Source of the DNA: Podarcis muralis
Taxonomy: Eukaryota
Direction: 5' to 3'
DNA length: 64,000 bases
Assembly: GCF_964188315.1 (NCBI RefSeq)
Contig: NC_135660.1
Coordinates: 99,200,001 to 99,264,000 of the forward strand
Shown here: positions 57,741 to 64,000 of the stretch, piece by piece
Position numbering within the stretch: the first letter of the stretch is position 1
Layout: the number at the start of each line of letters is the position of its first letter
The notes under the pieces: model-generated
The model's database searches: none
Seen by the model: only the letters and a program-made list of their open reading frames with translations
What the model was told of the DNA's origin: nothing
Position numbers and translations under genes: made by a program

Positions 57741-58149
57741 AAAACGTTCCTGACCGGTTGAGAAATCAAGGTTCAGTGTGTGGCCTGCCACATGCAATGC
57801 ACCAATGACATGTTGAACCAGCCCCATGATGGTCGTGGCAGCCATGAAGTCCTAAGCCACCCCAGAGACAGTTGCTTCAGTATGGCTGTTGGAAGTCCCT
57901 CAAAACCAGCAGTCTGGGAGCGCTCAACACTGCCTTTAAAACCATCTCTGTCAGCTCAGGCAGGGAGACTGCTTGGCAGCGAGGCAGGTGGTAAACCAGC
58001 AGAATCCCCTTTTCTGTCCTGGTTGTCCAGTGCCAGGAACACACGCTCTAGATTTCCCACCAAGTGTACAAACAGCCTGGAGAGAGAGGGAGAGAAAAAT
58101 CTCTGGACCACAGTATCTCCTCCTCCCCAGCACTCAAATCTGTCCTGAT

Positions 58150-58580
58150 GCTGCTGCCCTAAGTACCTTTAAAGCCCTATACAGCCTAGGACCCTCGTAC
58201 CTACGGGACCGCCTCTCCTGGTATGTCCCACAGAGAAATTTACGGTCTGCAAATAAAAACATCTTGAAGGTCCCAGGCCACAGAGAGGTTAGGCTGGCCT
58301 CAACCAGAGCCAGGGCTTTCTCGGCTGCGGCTCCAATCTGGTGGAACGCTCTGTCACAAGAGACTAGGGCCCTGCAGGACCTGACAAGACAGAGCTGTTC
58401 CACCAGGCCTTTGATCAGGGCACAGCCTGACCCCCTCCTCTGGCAATCTGCACAGAATGTGGCTTAATGGTTGCCATTAATTTGATTTTAATTAATTTTA
58501 TAATGAATGTTTTTAGAATGTTGGATTATTTTGATTGTTGTTAGCCGCCCTGAGCCCAGCTTCAGCTGGGGAGGGCGGGA
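58150..58580 (+). mobile_element. L2-clade LINE ORF2 C-terminus and 3' end
   Basis: Translates FKALYSLGPSYLRDRLSWYVPQRNLRS...RAFSAAAPIWWNAL, the L2 ORF2 terminal motif. Confidence 0.8.
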
Positions 58581-58923
58581 CATGCTGCAGTCAAGTCAGG
58601 AACAATATTTTTTGCCCTTCTTGCCTTTGCAGGGAAATGCAGTGCTCTGCCCCCAGTAGTATCTTAGTTCCCGGAATCATGAACTCAACTCAGGAATAAT
58701 TGGACTTATCTGTCCCAGAGACTGGAATAACAGAATTAAAGTTGGTTAGTAGTTCTGAATTCTGTATACTGTATTAATGGAACTAAGAAAATCACCTTAA
58801 GAATATTCCCATGGATTGCCACATGAGCCAGAAGCGGAAATATATTAAATTTGTTTTCTGCTTAATGTAAGATTTGCTTGCATGAGATGATGAAAAGAAA
58901 CTTATCTCTTCTTGAATTCTTAA

Positions 58924-59037
<114 letters not shown>

Positions 59038-60114
59038 TAACAAAACGACTTCAGTGCATCTTTGTGTGCCCTAACGTTGTTTCCTTGTAGAAAAGTATTG
59101 GCCAAAAAAGTGTGTGTGAGAGAGAGAGAGGGTGGTGGGGAGAGGAAGGGAGGGAGGTGCAATGCTTATTTTCTTTGGGACCACCAATGCCCATAATGGT
59201 TGAACTCAGTCTCCTGCTGGCCCCTGGGCTCACCTGCCTGCCCATCCTCTCTCCTTCAGAAACTTATGCATTCAACTTTTAGTCACCTGAGATTTGTCAT
59301 TTCATCTGAACAGAAAAACTTCTCTTAACACTATATATGGTTACTTTAAAATAAACTTGCATTGTAAGCCATGATTTGAATCTAGATTGGCCAGTTTCTC
59401 ACCATAGTCGGATCTTAAGTTTTGTTTTTCTTTAAAAAATAAGAAGAAAAGCTAATGTTTCTAGTCTTCATGGGTTCAAATATATGGTGAAAAATACTTT
59501 GGATGTGTTTCTTGGAGGTAAATGGATAGAACTTTTTTTTTTTTACCTGGCCACCTTCTCTGTATTGAAACCAGGCAGGTTCCCTTACGTTACTCTTTTT
59601 GGAACCTGTCGAAAACATTTCTGTTTATGCAAGCCTATCCACATATGTAAACATTGAGGTTAAAACACATCTTTTTAACCTATTGTTGATTTGAACTATC
59701 TTTTTTATTTAAATACCTGTTTTTAACAGTCTTTTATTGATATTTTTAATGTTTTGTTTTTATTCTTTGTAAACCACATAGAGGTTCATTACAATCAGGC
59801 TGTCTGTATAGTTGAGAAAATAAAGAAATATGTTTGAGGAACAACCTATTATATAACTAAAAGATGACTATAGCTTTTATTTGTTGAGGGCCCCCTTTTC
59901 TTGGGCAATCTTTGAGGGCTGCATGCCCGAGCCCAAAGCAACTGGGAGCGCTCCCTTCTCGCTTTCTTCCTCTCTCCCTCTTTCTGCCCCCCCTTTCTCT
60001 CCCTGCCCACCAAGGAGATGCCAGTGGACACACAGATCACTCCTGTAATAAGTCTGAATTAATAATTTCCAGAGGGCTTGCCACCCTTTCACTCCATCAC
60101 TCCATCAGTTTTGA

Positions 60115-60411
<297 letters not shown>

Positions 60412-60561
60412 TAAGTCCTTGGTTTTTAGGCAGTGAAGTTGGAAAGCTTTTTTTTTGCCTTTTCTGTAAAAACTAGCTCTCAAAATCTGCAGAACAAGCA
60501 GCTTATTTTCATTTTCTCAGGGGCAATTTCTGTTGTAAAAAACTTGATTTGGTGTACCTGC

Positions 60562-60697
60562 CAGTGCTATTTTTCTAGAAAAGGAAGTGCTAGAACTCAC
60601 CACGAACACCTCCCTCATTCTCTTGCAGTGACATTGGCGCCCACCTGAGAGGTGCCAGAACTGAGTTCTGGTGAGTTCTGGCTGAAAAAAAGCCCTG
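60562..60697. mobile_element. hAT MITE (136 bp)
   Basis: Ends cagtgctattttt...aaaaaagccctg; perfect 8-bp TSD gtacctgc; a related left end occurs at 53654. Confidence 0.88.
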
Positions 60698-60807
60698 GTA
60701 CCTGCCCTCCCTACTTTCCTTTAAAACATTTCTGATTTTGCTTTTTTTCCTTTGACAAACAATAGCTTTTGCAACATCTACCCTTGGACCTAAGGCATAA
60801 TGTTATA

Positions 60808-63293
60808 TATATATTTCAAAAATTTTATTAATTTTCCACATTTTTAAACACAAATCAAAACTGAACTTAGTCCAATATTAATATCATAGTTAAATGACTT
60901 CCTCAAATTTCCTAGACTGAATTTCATTATATATCATTGTAACGCTTTTCCAATAGTTTCTCATAAAATTTGTTGTTGTTGTTTAGTCGTGTCCGACTCT
61001 TCGTGACCCCATGGACCAGAGCACGCCAGGCACTTCTGTCCTCCACTACCTCCCGCAGTTTGGTCAAACTCATTGTGGTAACCTCGAAAACACTATCCAA
61101 CCATCTCGTCCTCTGTCGCCCCCTTCTCCTTGTGCCCTCCATCTTTCCCAGCATCAGTGTCTTCTCCAGTGAGTCTTCTCTTCTCATGAGGTGGCCAAAG
61201 TACTGGAGCCTCAGCTTCACGATCTGTCCTTCCAGTGAGCACTCAGGGCTGATTTCCTTGAGAATGGATGTGTTTGATCTTCTTGCAGTCCATGGGACTC
61301 TCAAGAGTCTTCTCCAGCACCATAATTCAAAAGCATCAATTCTTCGGCGATCAGCCTTCTTTATGGTCCAGCTCTCACTTCCATACATCACTACTGGGAA
61401 AACCATGGCTTTAACTATACGGACCTTTGTTGGCAAGGTGACGTCTCTACTTCTCAAGATGCTGCTTAGGCCTGTCATTGCCCTTCTCCCAAGAAGCAGG
61501 CGTCTTTTAATTTCGTGGCTGCTGTCACCATCTGCAGTGATCATGGAGCCCAAGAAAGTAAAATCTCTCACTGCCTCCATTTCTTCCCCTTCTATTTGCC
61601 AGGAGGTGATGGGACCAGTGGCCATGATCTTCGTTTTTTTGATGTTGAGCTTCAGACCATATTTTGCGCTCATAAAATTTACTTACTCCTTAACATCTTT
61701 GTCTCTTTTCATCTTAACTTTAAACGTATTGTTTTATAATTTCACATATTTAAGTCCTTAGCCTATCTGTTATTTTGCAAGTATTTCTATTTAATTTATC
61801 TTAGCATATTTCGATAAATGGTCTTTAAATTTCTTCTATTCTTCCTGATGTTCCTCCTCCTTCTGGTCACTGATTCTTCCAGTCAGGTCGGCTAGCTCCG
61901 AAAAGTCCATCATCTTCATCTGCCATTCCTCCACTGTTGAAATTTCTTGTGTTTTCCAATTTTTGGCTAATAAAATTCGAGTTGCAGTTGTGGCATACAA
62001 AAACAGTCTAGCATCTTTTTGGGGCAATTCCAAGCCTATTATTCCAAGAAGAAAGGCCTCTGGTTTCTTAACAAATGTATATTTCAACATTGTTTTCAAC
62101 TCATTATAAATCTTCTCCCGGAAGTCTTTCACCTTGGGACAGGTCCACCACATATGGTAAAAGGTACCCTCCTTTTCATTTCCAGCATAGATTATCACTA
62201 TTGTGATAAATCTTTGCTAACTTTACAGGAGTCAAGTACCATCTATACATCATTTTCATTATATTTTCCTTTAACATTGTACATGCAGTGAACTTGACCC
62301 CTTTCCTCCACAACCTTTCCCAATCTTCAAACATTATGTTATGTCCCACATCTCTTGCCTAATCTATCATCACGGATTTAACTTGTTCATCCTTTGTATG
62401 CCACTCCAACAATGAATTATACATGTTAGACAAATTTTAACTTTAGAATCTAACAACTTCGTTTCCAATTTAGTTTTTTCCAAAGCAAAACCATTTTTCT
62501 TATCTATTTTGTACAATTCATTAATCTGGTTATAATGTAACCAATTTATTTTATCTTTGATTTGGTCAAATGGTTTTCATTTAAATCCTTCATTATCTTC
62601 CAATAACAAATCTGAATATCTCAACCACTTGGATTCCATATTTGTCTTTTTCTGGTCCTTTGCCTCCATTGGCGAAAGCCATCTGGGTGTTTTCCTTTCT
62701 AGAAGATCTTTGTATTTAATCCAAACATTATATAGAGATTTTCTAATCACATGATTTTTAAAGCCATTATGGGCCTTTACCTTGTCATACCATAGATATG
62801 CATGCCATCCAAACACATTGTCAAATCCCTCCAAATCTAAAACATCAGTGTCCTCTAGTTGTATCCATTCCTTAATCCAGCAAAAAGCTGCTGCTTCAAA
62901 ATAGATCTTCAAATCTATTTTCTCTTTCTCTTTCTTTCGAGTCCGTTAGTAATTTATATTCGATTCTGGGTTTTTCCCCCTGCCAGATAAATCTAGATAG
63001 TGCTTTTTGCCATTCTTTGAAACACTTCACATTATCAATAATTGGGAGGGCTTGAAACAGAAACAACATCTTTGGCAATACATTCATCTTAACTACAGAT
63101 TTCCTGCCCATTAATGACAATTTCAAACTCGACCAAATCTCCAAATCTCTCTTAATTTCATTCCATAATTTCTCATAGTTATCTTTATATAGATTCAAGT
63201 TTTTCACTGACAAATTGACCCACAGATATTTAACTTTTTTCACAAAGACTAGGCCCGTCTTTTCTTGTAATAACTTCCTTTCCTCATTGTCCA
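60808..63293 (-). mobile_element. 5'-truncated L1/Tx1-clade LINE
   Basis: ORF2 pieces KYLWVNL...KMNVLPKMLFLFQALP and GTFYHMWWTCPKV; 17-bp TSD taaggcataatgttata (60791-60807 and 63294-63310). Confidence 0.88.
60972..61668 (-). mobile_element. 5'-truncated RTE-BovB LINE nested in the L1
   Basis: Open RT C-terminus GLKLNIKKTKIMATGPITSWQI...DAFELWCWRRLLRVPWTARRSN; (aac)n tail; 12-bp TSD ctcataaaattt. Confidence 0.93.
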
Positions 63294-64000
63294 TAAGGCA
63301 TAATGTTATAATGCTATTTGGTAGCCCTATATATTGAGTGAAATAACGGATGATGTTTCAAATTGAGTTCTTAAACGAAAAATATATTTTCAAGGGTCTA
63401 ACCTGCTTCTAGCTTATTGTTGTTAATTGTATGGAATCTCTTCCACAAACGGTAGCTCTCAACACTTAGTGCCAATAGTTTTAGTTGCTCCCTTCAGACA
63501 CAGAAGGATTAGAAACAGTTCCTTTGGGCTACTTCTTTTAACATGTAGCTCTTAAAATTAAGTCATACCTGTGCTACTTGTGTCCCACAAGGACATACAC
63601 AGCCCTCCAGCCACCCATAGGAGCCTGCTGGCAACTCCCCACCCCCACCCCCTGGCAGGCAGCCCTAGGTGGTTGGTGGCCTGGGTCATAGGCTGTGCAG
63701 ACTTGAGTAAGCAAATAGTACTTCAAAAAAGAAAGTCACAAGTAACCAGTAATTAAATATGGGAGATCTTGTTCACATTATTTTAGCAGCATTGTACACC
63801 TTTAAATATAAGAATACGGGTCTATATTATGAAAAAGTCTTGCACGCAAACCCACAAAAGTTACCAGTTGGTGCAAACAACTTTTACTAACCCTCTTGTC
63901 CAAACAAGGTTATAATCTGTTGGCTAAAAGGGCGGGGGGGGGGGATACATTATTTATTGCAGCATTTCTTCCTGATTATCTGTGCGAAATAGGCACCGAC

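Noticed and set aside
60970-61761. 263-aa + strand ORF
   Set aside because: Antisense frame of the BovB RT, a common artefact for this element.

Overview
Vertebrate genomic DNA, almost certainly a squamate and probably a lacertid lizard (inferred from a Sauria SINE, BovB and the MITE families). It is the syntenic block CDPF1(-) / PKDREJ(-) / TTC38(+) known from human 22q13. Here the single mammalian PKDREJ is replaced by three tandem, intact, intronless ~2,570-2,680 aa PKDREJ paralogues. These share a conserved HSE-like plus RFX X-box promoter module about 75-113 bp upstream of their signal-peptide ATGs and carry gene-conversion tracts (399 bp, 3 mismatches, between copies 2 and 3). All three have an RxxR/RSRR motif where the GPS autocleavage site should be. 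Between copies 1 and 2 lies a very young 4,162-bp provirus (identical 334-bp LTRs, 6-bp TSD) with betaretroviral gag/IN, a gamma-type env, no pro/RT and a triplicated hairpin/splice-donor leader. The same interval holds a hAT element (8-bp TSD) whose interior looks like a captured CpG-island promoter plus first exon. A solo LTR, mariner and hAT MITEs, SINEs, L2/CR1/RTE fragments and a BovB nested in an L1 make up the rest. Family assignments come from recalled sequence motifs, not database searches.
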